Shown: positions 1 through 8,414, counted from the first letter of the stretch. The stretch is 32,000 nt of DNA from Pseudodesulfovibrio mercurii (GCF_000189295.2 NC_016803.1:1110001-1142000), one strand, 5' to 3'. Notes: generated by a model not told the origin, from the letters alone. Numbers and translations are program-made.

Positions 1-1266
1 GGCCCGGCGGCCGAGAACGGCTCGCCCCTCGGCTCGGTGGCCGTGGACCATCGCCACGGCGGCGTGCGCGGCGGCCTGGGCCTGGTCTGGGCGGCCAAGA
101 ACCTCAAGTACCTGACCGTGCGCGGTTCCGGCCAGGTCCGGGTGCACGACCCCGAGGCCCTGGACGAGGCGCGCGAGGCCATCATTCGCCTGACCATGGC
201 CTCGCCCGTGCTCATGGGCCGCCACGGATTTTCGCACTGGGGCACGGGCGCCCTGTTTGACCTGATCAACTCCCGGCGCATGCTGCCCACCGACAATTTC
301 ACCAAGACCTGGTTCGAGCACGGCGGCGCGGTCGACGCCCCGTCCCTGACCGCGCTGTACAAGCCGCGCGACCACGGCTGCCTGGGCTGCCACATCCATT
401 GCCGCAAGATCGCCCGGGACGGACGCAGCCTGCCCGGCTTCGAGGCCATGGCCCACTTCACCGCCCTCATCGGCAACGCCGACCCCGAGGCGGCCATGGA
501 GGGCGTGGACCTGTGCGGTCGGCTCGGCCTGGACCCCATCTCGGCCGGGTCCACCCTGGCCTGCCTGCGCGAGATCACCGGCAAGGACTACACGGACAAG
601 ACCCTTCTCTCGACCCTGCGGGCCATGGCCGAGGGCGGCGACCTGGCCCTGGGCGCCCTCAACCTGGCCCGGGCCTGCGGCAGACCGGAGACGGCCATGA
701 CCGTCAAGGGGCTGGAGCTGCCCGCCTTCGACCCGCGCGGCGGCTACGGCCTGGCCCTGGCCTACGCCGTGTCCACCCGGGGCGGCTGCCACCAGCGCGC
801 CTACCCCATCAGCCACGAGGTCCTGCGCAAGCCCGTGGCCACCGACCGCTTCACCTTCAGCGGCAAGGCCCGGATCATCAAGCTGGCCGAGGACGCCATC
901 GCGGCCTGCGACGCCATGAACGCCTGCCGCCTGATCTTCCTGGCCGCCGGGCTCGAGGAGTACGCCAAGGCCATGACCGCGGTCACGGGACGCGACTGGT
1001 CGGTCCAGTCCCTGCTCGAAGTGGGCGAGCGCACCACGGTCAACGAGCGGCGCATGAACGCGGAAAACGGCTTCACCGCCTCGGACGACGACCTGCCCGA
1101 GCGGTTCTTCACCGAACCGGGCAGGTCGGGCGGCGGCGTGACCGTCCCGCCCATCGACCGCGAGGCGTTCCTCCAGGCCCGGCACAACTACTACGTCGTG
1201 CGCGGCCTGGACGAGAACGGCGACCCCACCATGGAAACCCTGCAACGGCTGGGGCTCGACCGATGA
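1..1266 (+). CDS. aor: Aldehyde:ferredoxin oxidoreductase family protein (tungsten/[4Fe-4S] type), C-terminal ~421 aa; 5' end lies outside the window
   Basis: Frame 1 is open from base 1 and is the same frame as track ORF 37..1266. It contains the AOR-type cluster motif C-x2-C-x3-C (DHGCLGCHIHCRK) and the distal Cys (TRGGCHQRA). It is collinear with the full-length paralog at 14652..16424. Confidence 0.85.
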   Translation, partial: GPAAENGSPLGSVAVDHRHGGVRGGLGLVWAAKNLKYLTVRGSGQVRVHDPEALDEAREAIIRLTMASPVLMGRHGFSHWGTGALFDLINSRRMLPTDNFTKTWFEHGGAVDAPSLTALYKPRDHGCLGCHIHCRKIARDGRSLPGFEAMAHFTALIGNADPEAAMEGVDLCGRLGLDPISAGSTLACLREITGKDYTDKTLLSTLRAMAEGGDLALGALNLARACGRPETAMTVKGLELPAFDPRGGYGLALAYAVSTRGGCHQRAYPISHEVLRKPVATDRFTFSGKARIIKLAEDAIAACDAMNACRLIFLAAGLEEYAKAMTAVTGRDWSVQSLLEVGERTTVNERRMNAENGFTASDDDLPERFFTEPGRSGGGVTVPPIDREAFLQARHNYYVVRGLDENGDPTMETLQRLGLDR

Positions 1267-2435
1267 AAACGCTGTGCGAAAAATACGCGGCCAAGCTGGC
1301 CGCCCAGGGGCTGGCCCCGGCCACGGGCCCGGACGCGCCGCTGGTCGGCGGCCTGGACGCGGACCTGGTCTGGAACCGCGAAGACCCGCGCACCGCCGAA
1401 CTGGCCGGGCTGTTCTCGCGCCTGTCCATCAACTCCCTGGTCTTCGTCCGCCCGGCCGAGCCGTACCGGACCATCCTGGACTTCCTGGCCGCGCGCAACC
1501 CCGAGGCCATCCGCCCCGAGGACACCGAGACCCGGACCTTCCTGCACGACATCCCGGTCTGCGCGGACTTCACGGCCGAGGCCATGGCCGCGCAGCTCAA
1601 ACGGCGCAAGGTCATCGTGATCCCCGGCCGGGGCGTGGCCGCCTGCGGCACGGTCAGCCCGGAGCAGGGCTTCGTGTCCGTGTCCTCGGCCGTGTTCGCC
1701 ACCTTCGTGCTCTTCTTCTCCGACTACCTGGCCCGGGCCCGGCGCATCGAACTGGACGACGGCTACGCCGAGGCCTTCGCCCGCGTGGTCCGGCTCCTGC
1801 CCGAACCGCGCACGGCCCCGCCCCAGCTCATGACCAGCCCCTTCCTTGACGAGGAATCCGTGCTCGCGGCCATGGCCGAAACAGGCCGCCAGGTGGTGGG
1901 CTTCGGTCTGGTGGACTCCTTTTTCGGCAATATCTCCTACCGGCTGGGCGAGACCGTCCACATCTCGCAGACCGGCAGCTCCCTGGACGAACTCGAAGGA
2001 TGCATCGACCCGTGCCCCCTGGACGGCTCGACCACCAACGGCCTGACCGCGTCCAGCGAGCTGACCGCCCACGAGGACATCTACCGCAGCGCGGACTTCG
2101 ACTGCATCCTGCACGGCCATCCCCGGTTCACGGTGATCATGTCCATGGACTGCGAGCGCGACGACTGCCCCAACCGGGGGCGCTGCCACATCCACTGCAC
2201 CGAGTGCCGGACCGTGGACGGCGTGCCCATCGTGCCGGGCGAGGTCGGCACCGGCCCCACCGGGCTGTGCCACACCCTGCCGCCCGCCATGGCCCGAAAC
2301 GGCGCGGCCATCGTCCACGGCCACGGCCTGTTCACCGCCGGAAAGACGGACTTCAACGTCCCCTTCGCCCGGCTGCTCGAGATCGAGAACCGCTGCCGGG
2401 ACCTCTACTTCGAAAGGCTGGCCCAATATGCCTGA
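1263..2435 (+). CDS. Class II aldolase/adducin-domain protein with an unassigned N-terminal ~190 aa and a Cys-rich insertion
   Basis: ATG at 1263 overlaps the aor stop (ATGA), suggesting translational coupling. The C-terminal half carries class II aldolase His signatures (ILHGHP ... IVHGHGLFTAG). The track ORF 399..2435 is the same frame; its upstream part overlaps aor and is Pro/Arg/Gly-rich junk. Confidence 0.7.
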   Translation: MKTLCEKYAAKLAAQGLAPATGPDAPLVGGLDADLVWNREDPRTAELAGLFSRLSINSLVFVRPAEPYRTILDFLAARNPEAIRPEDTETRTFLHDIPVCADFTAEAMAAQLKRRKVIVIPGRGVAACGTVSPEQGFVSVSSAVFATFVLFFSDYLARARRIELDDGYAEAFARVVRLLPEPRTAPPQLMTSPFLDEESVLAAMAETGRQVVGFGLVDSFFGNISYRLGETVHISQTGSSLDELEGCIDPCPLDGSTTNGLTASSELTAHEDIYRSADFDCILHGHPRFTVIMSMDCERDDCPNRGRCHIHCTECRTVDGVPIVPGEVGTGPTGLCHTLPPAMARNGAAIVHGHGLFTAGKTDFNVPFARLLEIENRCRDLYFERLAQYA

Positions 2436-3324
2436 TGCCGCCCCCGCTCCCGACCGCCTTCCCGACCATTTTCGGCCCGGCCCGGTCCTGGCCTTCGTCC
2501 TCATCACCTTCGCAGCCACCTGGGGCGTGGAGGGCGCGCTCATCGCGGACGGCCTGCGCTTCGACGACCTGGTCAGCCGGGCCGCGCCCGCCTTCTGGCT
2601 CATGGGCGTCATGTGGATTCCCGGCCTGGCCGCCCTCCTCGTGACCCTGGTCGCGGAGCGGACCTCCCCGCGCGACCTGGTACCGGCCCTTTCCCTGCGC
2701 ATGGGGTCCATCGGCCCCTACTTCCTCGGCCTGCTCCTCATTCCCGTGGCCTACGCCGTCATGTACGGCCTGACCTGGGCGGCCGGGCTGTCCGGCTTCG
2801 ACCCGGACCTGCGCTCCCTGTCCGCCCTGTCCGGCACGGACATCGGCCGCGAAACCGCCCTCCGGGTCATGCTGCCCCTGTCCATCTTCCTCGGCCCCCT
2901 GATCAACTTCGTCTTCGGCCTGGGCGAGGAACTCGGCTGGCGCGGCTTCCTCCTGCCCCGGCTCATGCCGCTCGGCAAGCCCGCCGCCCACCTCGTCCTC
3001 GGCCTGCTCTGGGGCCTGTGGCACGCCCCGCTCATCTGGGCGGGCCTCAACTACCCCGGCCAGCCCGTCCAGGGCATCGTCATGATGTGCCTCGTCTGCC
3101 TCGCCTTCGGCGCGTTCCTCAACGAGATGACCCTGCACTACCGCTCCTCCATCCTGGCCGGGTTCCTCCACGGCGCGGCCAATGCCCAGGGCTACGGCAT
3201 CTGGATGTGGATGTTCCCCGACGCCCACCCCCTGCTCGGCGGCGCCATGGGCCTGATCGGCGTCCTCGTCTGGACCGCCCTCACCTGCCTGACCATCGCC
3301 GCCCTCCGCAGGTTGCGCCGATAA
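2428..3324 (+). CDS. CPBP-family (CAAX/Abi-like) intramembrane metalloprotease
   Basis: Multi-pass hydrophobic protein with CPBP motifs EELGWRGF (EExxxR), LWGLWHAP and FLHGAANA. The start overlaps the upstream stop by 8 nt. Confidence 0.8.
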   Translation: MPDAAPAPDRLPDHFRPGPVLAFVLITFAATWGVEGALIADGLRFDDLVSRAAPAFWLMGVMWIPGLAALLVTLVAERTSPRDLVPALSLRMGSIGPYFLGLLLIPVAYAVMYGLTWAAGLSGFDPDLRSLSALSGTDIGRETALRVMLPLSIFLGPLINFVFGLGEELGWRGFLLPRLMPLGKPAAHLVLGLLWGLWHAPLIWAGLNYPGQPVQGIVMMCLVCLAFGAFLNEMTLHYRSSILAGFLHGAANAQGYGIWMWMFPDAHPLLGGAMGLIGVLVWTALTCLTIAALRRLRR

Positions 3325-3342
3325 CGGGGATGCCTCCGGCGG

Positions 3343-3394
3343 CCAGGGCGCTGCCCTGGACCCGCTTAAGAACCTCTTGGAAGAGGTTCTTAAG
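3343..3394. repeat. Two adjacent perfect hairpin palindromes (REP/MITE-like)
   Basis: 3343..3359 is ccagggc-gct-gccctgg (7-bp stem). 3365..3394 is cttaagaacctctt-gg-aagaggttcttaag (14-bp stem). Confidence 0.6.
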
Positions 3395-3570
3395 AATCTC
3401 CAGAACTTTTTGGCGCCGCTTCGCGGGGTGCGAACACAAAAAGGGCCTCCAATCGATACCGATCAGAACCCCTTGTTTTTTCTCATTGGAGCGATTCGGG
3501 TGCGCAGCACCCGACAGCGGCTCTCTCCCCCGCGACCGTCCGATGCGAGGCTTTCGAGAGTGGGTCAGCT

Positions 3571-3647
3571 GCGCATTTTCTTCCAGGGGGCTTTCACCGC
3601 AGCGTAGCCGTCTACGTGAGGATGAAAGCCCCCTGGAAAAAATGTGC
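3571..3647. repeat. 77-nt rod-like imperfect hairpin (about 25 bp outer stem plus nested 5-bp hairpin); candidate small RNA or REP-like element
   Basis: Arms gcgcattttcttccagggggctttca and tgaaagccccctggaaaaaatgtgc pair with one bulge (C3580) and one G.U. The inner hairpin is cgtag-ccgt-ctacg at 3603..3616. Confidence 0.55.
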
Positions 3648-3675
3648 AGATGGCCCGCTATCGGAAGCCGCCCCC

Positions 3676-3749
3676 CGGCAACCCGTAATTTAACGCAAAA
3701 AAGGGCCCCGTTCGGGGGCCCTTTTTTGCGTTAAATTACGAGGTTGCCG
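3676..3749. terminator. Bidirectional intrinsic terminator embedded in a 74-nt near-perfect palindrome (34 bp of stem, one bulge)
   Basis: The core is aaaaaa-gggcccc-gttcg-ggggccc-tttttt (3697..3727), with 7 G:C pairs (3703..3709 with 3715..3721). It is flanked by matching AT-rich arms cgtaatttaacgc / gcgttaaattacg and by cggcaacc / ggttgccg. It lies between convergent genes: CPBP (+) and rubredoxin (-). Confidence 0.75.
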
Positions 3750-3920
3750 ACTAACGGGCCTCTACCAAAGGACTTTTGCTGTTGTCTACGGGTTGCCTTG
3801 TGACGCTGTCCGATTCGATGAATCTTGCAGTTTGTCTGGCGTTACCTGGAAACACTTCCTTTGACTTGATGCAACCATACGCCCGAACGGACGGTGATGC
3901 AATGGCCTGTGACGGTTTTT

Positions 3921-4076
3921 TTACAGTTTTTCGAAATATTCCTTTTCCGCGCCGCACTTGGGGCAGACCCAGTCGTCGGGCAGATCCTCGAACCTGGTCC
4001 CGATGGGGATGTTGTTGTCCGGATCGCCTTCCGCAGGGTCGTACACGTAGCCGCACGGGCATTCCCATTTTTCCAT
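3921..4076 (-). CDS. rub: Rubredoxin, 51 aa (below the ORF-track size cutoff)
   Basis: Hand translation of the minus strand gives [51 protein letters not shown], with stop TAA at 3923..3921. A GGAGG Shine-Dalgarno sits 8 nt upstream of ATG 4076. The body shows rubredoxin hallmarks: GYxYDP, GDP, [14 protein letters not shown]. Confidence 0.9.
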   Translation of the reverse strand: MEKWECPCGYVYDPAEGDPDNNIPIGTRFEDLPDDWVCPKCGAEKEYFEKL

Positions 4077-4113
4077 GTCTGGTTCCTCCATCTTTTATTA
4101 CGGATTTGAGCCC

Positions 4114-4141
4114 ATTATAGCAAAACGGGACGGAGTGACAA
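4114..4141 (-). promoter_or_regulatory. Sigma-70-type promoter for the rubredoxin gene
   Basis: The minus strand reads TTGTCA, a 16-nt spacer, then TATAAT (perfect -10). It lies about 35 nt upstream of the rubredoxin start and just downstream of the ruvB stop. Confidence 0.6.
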
Positions 4142-4166
4142 CCTTTTTATCAGGAATGGGTATCGA

Positions 4167-5153
4167 TTACAAAAGGGTGGCCTGGTCGTCTTCCATGCGC
4201 ATCTTGAGGTGCTGGTAGGCCTTGGCCGTGGCCACGCGGCCGCGCGGGGTGCGCTTCAGGAAGCCGCACTGGATGAGGTACGGCTCGTAGATGTCCTCGA
4301 TGGTCCGGACCTCCTCGGCGCAGGCCGCGGCGATGGTCTTCAGCCCCACGGGACCGCCGTTGAAGTGCTCGACCATGAGGGTCAGAATCTTGCGGTCCAT
4401 GTTGTCCAGGCCGTACTGGTCCACGTCGAGGCGTTCCAGGGAGGACTCGGCCAGTTCGCGGGTGACCACGCCCGAACCGTGGACCAGGGCGTAGTCGCGC
4501 ACGCGCCGGAGCAGCCGGTTGGCGATGCGCGGGGTGCCGCGCGCCCGGCGGCCGATGGCCAGGGCGCCCTCGGGCTCCACCTTGACGCCGAGGATGGCGG
4601 CGCTGCGCTCGACGATGCGCCCCAGCTCCTCGGGGGAGTAAAACTCGATGCGGAAGATGCAGCCGAAGCGGTCGCGCAGGGGCGAGGTCAGCAGCCCGAG
4701 GCGGGTGGTCGCGCCCACCAGGGTGAAGGGTTCGAGGTCGAGCTTGACCGTGCGCGCGCCGGGCCCGGAGCCGATGACCAGGTCGATCTGGAAGTCCTCC
4801 ATGGCCGGGTACAGGACCTCCTCGACCGTGGGCGGCATGCGGTGGATCTCGTCGATGAACAGGATGTCGCCGCGCTCCAGGTTGGTCAGGATGGCGGCCA
4901 GGTCCCCGGACCGCTCGATGACCGGGCCCGAGGTGGAGACCATGTTCACACCCAGCTCCGAGGCCATGATCCGGGCCAGGGTGGTCTTGCCCAGGCCGGG
5001 GTTGCCGTAGAACAGGGTGTGGTCCAGGGAGCGGTCGCGCTCACGCGCCGCCCGGATGAAGACGTCGAGGTTGGTGCGCAGGTCCACCTGGCCGATGAAA
5101 TCGGACAGTTTCCTGGGCCGGACGTTTTCCTCGGGAAGGGTGCATTTGCTCAT
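4167..5153 (-). CDS. ruvB: Holliday junction branch migration DNA helicase RuvB
   Basis: 328 aa with Walker [17 protein letters not shown], and the typical RuvB N- and C-terminal sequence. Its start overlaps the ruvA stop. Confidence 0.97.
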   Translation of the reverse strand: MSKCTLPEENVRPRKLSDFIGQVDLRTNLDVFIRAARERDRSLDHTLFYGNPGLGKTTLARIMASELGVNMVSTSGPVIERSGDLAAILTNLERGDILFIDEIHRMPPTVEEVLYPAMEDFQIDLVIGSGPGARTVKLDLEPFTLVGATTRLGLLTSPLRDRFGCIFRIEFYSPEELGRIVERSAAILGVKVEPEGALAIGRRARGTPRIANRLLRRVRDYALVHGSGVVTRELAESSLERLDVDQYGLDNMDRKILTLMVEHFNGGPVGLKTIAAACAEEVRTIEDIYEPYLIQCGFLKRTPRGRVATAKAYQHLKMRMEDDQATLL

Positions 5154-5770
5154 GAACGTGCCGCGTTGATTTTCTTGAGCACCGCGCGGATGGCCCCGGC
5201 GGCGTCGAGGTCGGGTTCTTCGTCGAAGGTTTCGATCAGCATAGGCCGAATCTCGTCCTCACCGTAGCCCAACCCCTTGAGGCCCGCAAGGGCGTCCAGG
5301 TACTCGCCCTGCGGACCCTGCCGTCCCTGGTCGGCGGCCGAGCCGCGCCCGGTCACGGGCTTGAGCTTGTCCACCTTGTCCTTGAGATTCCAGAGAATCT
5401 GCTTGGCCGACTTGGGCCCGATGCCCGGCACCGTGGACAGGGTGTTCACGTCCTCGCGGAAGGCGATCTCGCGCAGATGGGCCGCGTCGAACATGGACAG
5501 GATGGCCATGGCCTTCTTGGGACCGAGTTTGTCGAGGGAGATGAGCGTGCGGAAGAGGTCCAGGTCGTCGGCGGTCAGGAAGCCGAACAGATCGATGGCC
5601 TTCTCGCCCACCTGGGTGTGGACGAACAGGCGCACCTCCTGACCCCGGCCCGGCAGCTTGGCCAGGACCGACGTGGGCGCGGCCACCTCGTAGCCCACCC
5701 CGCCGGGGGTGAGCAGGACCAGCCCCTTTTCATCCGCCGAGAGCAGTTCGCCCAGCAGGTATCCGATCAT
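5150..5770 (-). CDS. ruvA: Holliday junction DNA helicase subunit RuvA
   Basis: Begins MIGYLLGEL..., the canonical RuvA N-terminus, and carries HhH motifs ([13 protein letters not shown]). The track ORF extends to 5905, but the extra 45 aa have no RuvA counterpart. Confidence 0.93.
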   Translation of the reverse strand: MIGYLLGELLSADEKGLVLLTPGGVGYEVAAPTSVLAKLPGRGQEVRLFVHTQVGEKAIDLFGFLTADDLDLFRTLISLDKLGPKKAMAILSMFDAAHLREIAFREDVNTLSTVPGIGPKSAKQILWNLKDKVDKLKPVTGRGSAADQGRQGPQGEYLDALAGLKGLGYGEDEIRPMLIETFDEEPDLDAAGAIRAVLKKINAARS

Positions 5771-5830
5771 GAATTGCCTCCGTGACGTGACTTTATCCGA
5801 ATAGTGGACGTAATTCAAAGGGTATCCACC

Positions 5831-5859
5831 TTGACCAAAGGGTGGCGCGATTCTATGCT
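5831..5859 (+). promoter_or_regulatory. Possible sigma-70 promoter for the 5926..6426 gene
   Basis: TTGACC, 17 nt, then TATGCT, about 65 nt upstream of the start codon. Confidence 0.35.
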
Positions 5860-5925
5860 TCATAACGGATGTTCCGCCATCCGGCCGCCGTCCGGGCGGT
5901 CTCAACCCGCAACAAGGAAGACATC

Positions 5926-6426
5926 ATGAAAAGACTCGCATATTCCCTCCTGGCCGCAGCCCTGCTCATCCTGGCCGCCTCCCCGGTCCTGGCCCAGGGC
6001 GAAGACCTGACCAAGGACGAACTCGTCTCCCTGGTGGGCGAGGCCGTGGTCCAGGAGGCCGCCGACTCCTCCGAGGAAGTGGCCCGGGCCAAACGGATTC
6101 TCGACGCCGTTCGAGGCAGGAAGGACGCCCCCCAGCAGGAAGTGAGCGAGGCGCAGATGGACTATGACCGGGCCCGCGACCGGTACCGCAAGGCCGAGTC
6201 CGACCTGGACAACGCCAAGGTCAACGAACTCGCCCTGCAATGCAACAAGACCAGCGACCAGATCCGGGCCATGCGCGACTCGGGCATGGGCTGGGGCCGC
6301 ATCGCCAAGGAATGCGGCATGCACGGCGTGGGCAAGGGCAAGAACAAGAACAAGGGCACGGACGACGACATGGCCCAGAGCAAGAGCAAGAGCAAGAACA
6401 AGGACAAGAAGCCCAAGAAGAAGTAG
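5926..6426 (+). CDS. Hypothetical secreted protein, acidic core with Lys-rich C-terminal tail
   Basis: AAGGAAG RBS 6 nt before the ATG. Sec-type signal peptide MKRLAYSLLAAALLILAASPVLAQG. The tail is KGKNKNKG...SKSKSKNKDKKPKKK. I recognised no family. Confidence 0.65.
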   Translation: MKRLAYSLLAAALLILAASPVLAQGEDLTKDELVSLVGEAVVQEAADSSEEVARAKRILDAVRGRKDAPQQEVSEAQMDYDRARDRYRKAESDLDNAKVNELALQCNKTSDQIRAMRDSGMGWGRIAKECGMHGVGKGKNKNKGTDDDMAQSKSKSKNKDKKPKKK

Positions 6427-6440
6427 CTCCGACAGGCACG

Positions 6441-6477
6441 AAAAGGCCCGCCCGGGAATGCCGGACGGGCCTTTTTT
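6441..6477. terminator. Bidirectional intrinsic terminator
   Basis: aaaa-ggcccgcccgg-gaatg-ccggacgggcc-tttttt. It lies between the convergent 5926..6426 (+) gene and ruvC (-). Confidence 0.75.
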
Positions 6478-6505
6478 CACGCCTTGCGATCGGATGCGGC
6501 CCGGG

Positions 6506-7009
6506 TCAGACGCCGGTCAGGCGACGCATGCGCCGCTCGTTCAGGTGGCAGATGGCGATGGCCAGGGCGTCGGAGGCGTCCTCGGGCCAGTCGGGTTTCT
6601 TCACGCCCAGGCAGTGGGCGACCATGTAGGCCACCTGGGACTTGGGCGCGCTGCCCAGGCCGACCAGGTTCTTTTTGACCTTGGACGGCTCGTACTCGCC
6701 CATGGGGATGTTGTGCACGGCGCAGGCGGCCATGCAGGCACCCCTCGCCTGCCCCAGTTTGAGGGCGGACGAGGGGTTCTTGGAAACAAACACGTTTTCG
6801 ATGGCGGCCTCGGCCGGTGCATGGAGCCGGATGAGTTCCTGGAGGCGGTTGAAGAGCACCCCCATGCGGGTGGCCATGTCCTCCCGGACCGGGGTGCGGA
6901 TGGTGCCGGTGTCCACGAGTTCGGCCTTGCCCGAAAGCTCCCGGACGATGCCGTAACCCGTGACCCGCGTACCGGGGTCCAGCCCCAGGACGACCAGCCC
7001 TTCCGCCAT
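6506..7009 (-). CDS. ruvC: Crossover junction endodeoxyribonuclease RuvC
   Basis: 167 aa starting VVLGLDPGTRVTGYGIV, the catalytic Asp motif and RuvC fold signature. Confidence 0.95.
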   Translation of the reverse strand: MAEGLVVLGLDPGTRVTGYGIVRELSGKAELVDTGTIRTPVREDMATRMGVLFNRLQELIRLHAPAEAAIENVFVSKNPSSALKLGQARGACMAACAVHNIPMGEYEPSKVKKNLVGLGSAPKSQVAYMVAHCLGVKKPDWPEDASDALAIAICHLNERRMRRLTGV

Positions 7010-7014
7010 GCGGC

Positions 7015-7761
7015 CTAGTCTTCCTCGTCGAACAGGTCGTCCGGCAGGTCGGCGTTCATGTAGACGTTCAGGGTGTCGTCGTTGTCGTCCAGGGCGTCGA
7101 ACAGGTTCATGACCTTCTTGCCCACGGAGACGTCCACCGGGACGAGGTTCTCGGGGACCTGGTTGAACTCGGCGGACTCGAACTCCATGCCCGCGTCGGT
7201 GAAGGCCTGCTGCACGGCCATGAAGTCCGTGGGCGCGGTGTGCACGGTGAAGGAATCATCGTCGTCGATGATGTCCTCGGCGCCCGCCTCCAGGCCCACT
7301 TCCATGAGCTGGTCCTCGGTGTACTTGTCCTTGGTGAAGACGATCACGCCCTTGCGGCTGAACATGTAGGACACCGAGCCGGAGTCGGCCATGTTGCCGC
7401 CGTGCTTGGAGAAGGCATGGCGGATTTCGGCCACGGTGCGGTTCTTGTTGTCGGTGGCCACCTCCACGAGCATGGCCACGCCGCCGGGGCCGTAGCCCTC
7501 GTACATAATCTCGGCCAGGTCGCCGCCGGCCAGTTCGCCGGTGCCCTTCTTGATGGCGTTCTCGATCCTGTCCTTGGGCAGGTTCACGGCCTTGGCCTTC
7601 TGGATGGCCAGGCGCAGGGTCGAGTTGTCGTCGGGGTTGCCGCCGCCCGCCTTGGCTGCCAGGATGATGTCCTTGGCGGCTTTAGTGAAAAATTTCGCCT
7701 TCTTGGCGTCCTGACGACCCTTACGATGCTGAATGTTTGCCCATTTGCTGTGTCCGGACAT
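7015..7761 (-). CDS. yebC: YebC/PmpR-family transcriptional regulator
   Basis: 248 aa with the MSGHSKWANIQHRKGRQDAKK N-terminus diagnostic of the YebC family. It sits immediately upstream of ruvC, as in many bacteria. Confidence 0.93.
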   Translation of the reverse strand: MSGHSKWANIQHRKGRQDAKKAKFFTKAAKDIILAAKAGGGNPDDNSTLRLAIQKAKAVNLPKDRIENAIKKGTGELAGGDLAEIMYEGYGPGGVAMLVEVATDNKNRTVAEIRHAFSKHGGNMADSGSVSYMFSRKGVIVFTKDKYTEDQLMEVGLEAGAEDIIDDDDSFTVHTAPTDFMAVQQAFTDAGMEFESAEFNQVPENLVPVDVSVGKKVMNLFDALDDNDDTLNVYMNADLPDDLFDEED

Positions 7762-7814
7762 ATTTCCTCCTGAATCTCCCGATATCGGTATGTTTTCCTG
7801 GTCGGTCCAATGTT

Positions 7815-8414
7815 CTACCCGTCAACGCCCTTAAAGCCAAGCGCAACGATGAATATCTCCTTGCTCTCGGATCGGGAACTGTACGGTTTGAAATTCTTTA
7901 TCCTGGCGAAGTACGGCCTGATGGCGTCGCGGTAGTCGTTGATCTCGCCGCCCTCGAAGATCTTCACCGCGAAGCTGCCGCCTTTCTTCAAATACTTGAG
8001 CGCCACCTCGAAGGCCCGCTCACACAACTCCAGCGAGTTGGCCTGGTCCGCGAACTTGATTCCGGTTGTCTTGGGGGCCATGTCGCTGATAATGACGTCG
8101 AAGGGCGCAAGGGGCTCCACGGCCGCGAGCAGCTCCGGCGAATCCGAGAACACGTCCGCCTGAAGGAAGGTGATGTTCCCGGCGAAGGAGTGCTTGGTGG
8201 TCTGCAGGTCCACGCCGAGCACGTGCCCCTCCGGGCCCACCCGCTCCCCGGCGAACTGGCTCCAGGAGCCGGGGGCCGCGCCCAGGTCCAGCACGGTCTG
8301 CCCTTTCTTGAAGATCTGGAAGCGCTTGTCCATCTCCTTGAGCTTGTAGACCGAGCGGGCGGCGTAGTTTTCCTTTTTGGCCCGTTTGAAGTATTTGTCC
8401 TGGTATTGTTTCAT
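7815..8414 (-). CDS. rlmE: 23S rRNA (uridine-2'-O)-methyltransferase RlmE/FtsJ
   Basis: 199 aa with YRARSVYKL-like [10 protein letters not shown], the SAM motif [13 protein letters not shown], and [13 protein letters not shown]. Confidence 0.9.
   Translation of the reverse strand: MKQYQDKYFKRAKKENYAARSVYKLKEMDKRFQIFKKGQTVLDLGAAPGSWSQFAGERVGPEGHVLGVDLQTTKHSFAGNITFLQADVFSDSPELLAAVEPLAPFDVIISDMAPKTTGIKFADQANSLELCERAFEVALKYLKKGGSFAVKIFEGGEINDYRDAIRPYFARIKNFKPYSSRSESKEIFIVALGFKGVDG

Noticed and set aside
399-1262. Upstream part of track ORF 399..2435, and minus ORFs 1109..1702 and 1191..2711
   Set aside because: Shifted-frame or antisense overlap with the AOR gene. Extremely Pro/Arg/Gly-rich. 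The aldolase-like gene starts at the ATGA overlap at 1263.
3751-4120. ORFs 3751..4068 (-), 3776..4120 (+) and 3894..4109 (+)
   Set aside because: All overlap the rubredoxin gene in other frames or on the other strand. None has an RBS or motif, whereas the 51-aa frame has both.
5771-5905. 45-aa N-terminal extension of the ruvA ORF in the track
   Set aside because: RuvA family proteins begin at the MIGYL-type N-terminus. The extension overlaps the divergent promoter region and has no RBS.
6340-6425. AAG/AAC/AGC-rich repeats as a microsatellite or repeat array
   Set aside because: They lie in frame within the 5926..6426 CDS and encode its Lys/Asn/Ser tail. They are low-complexity coding sequence, not a spacer-repeat structure. 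No CRISPR-like array exists anywhere in the window.
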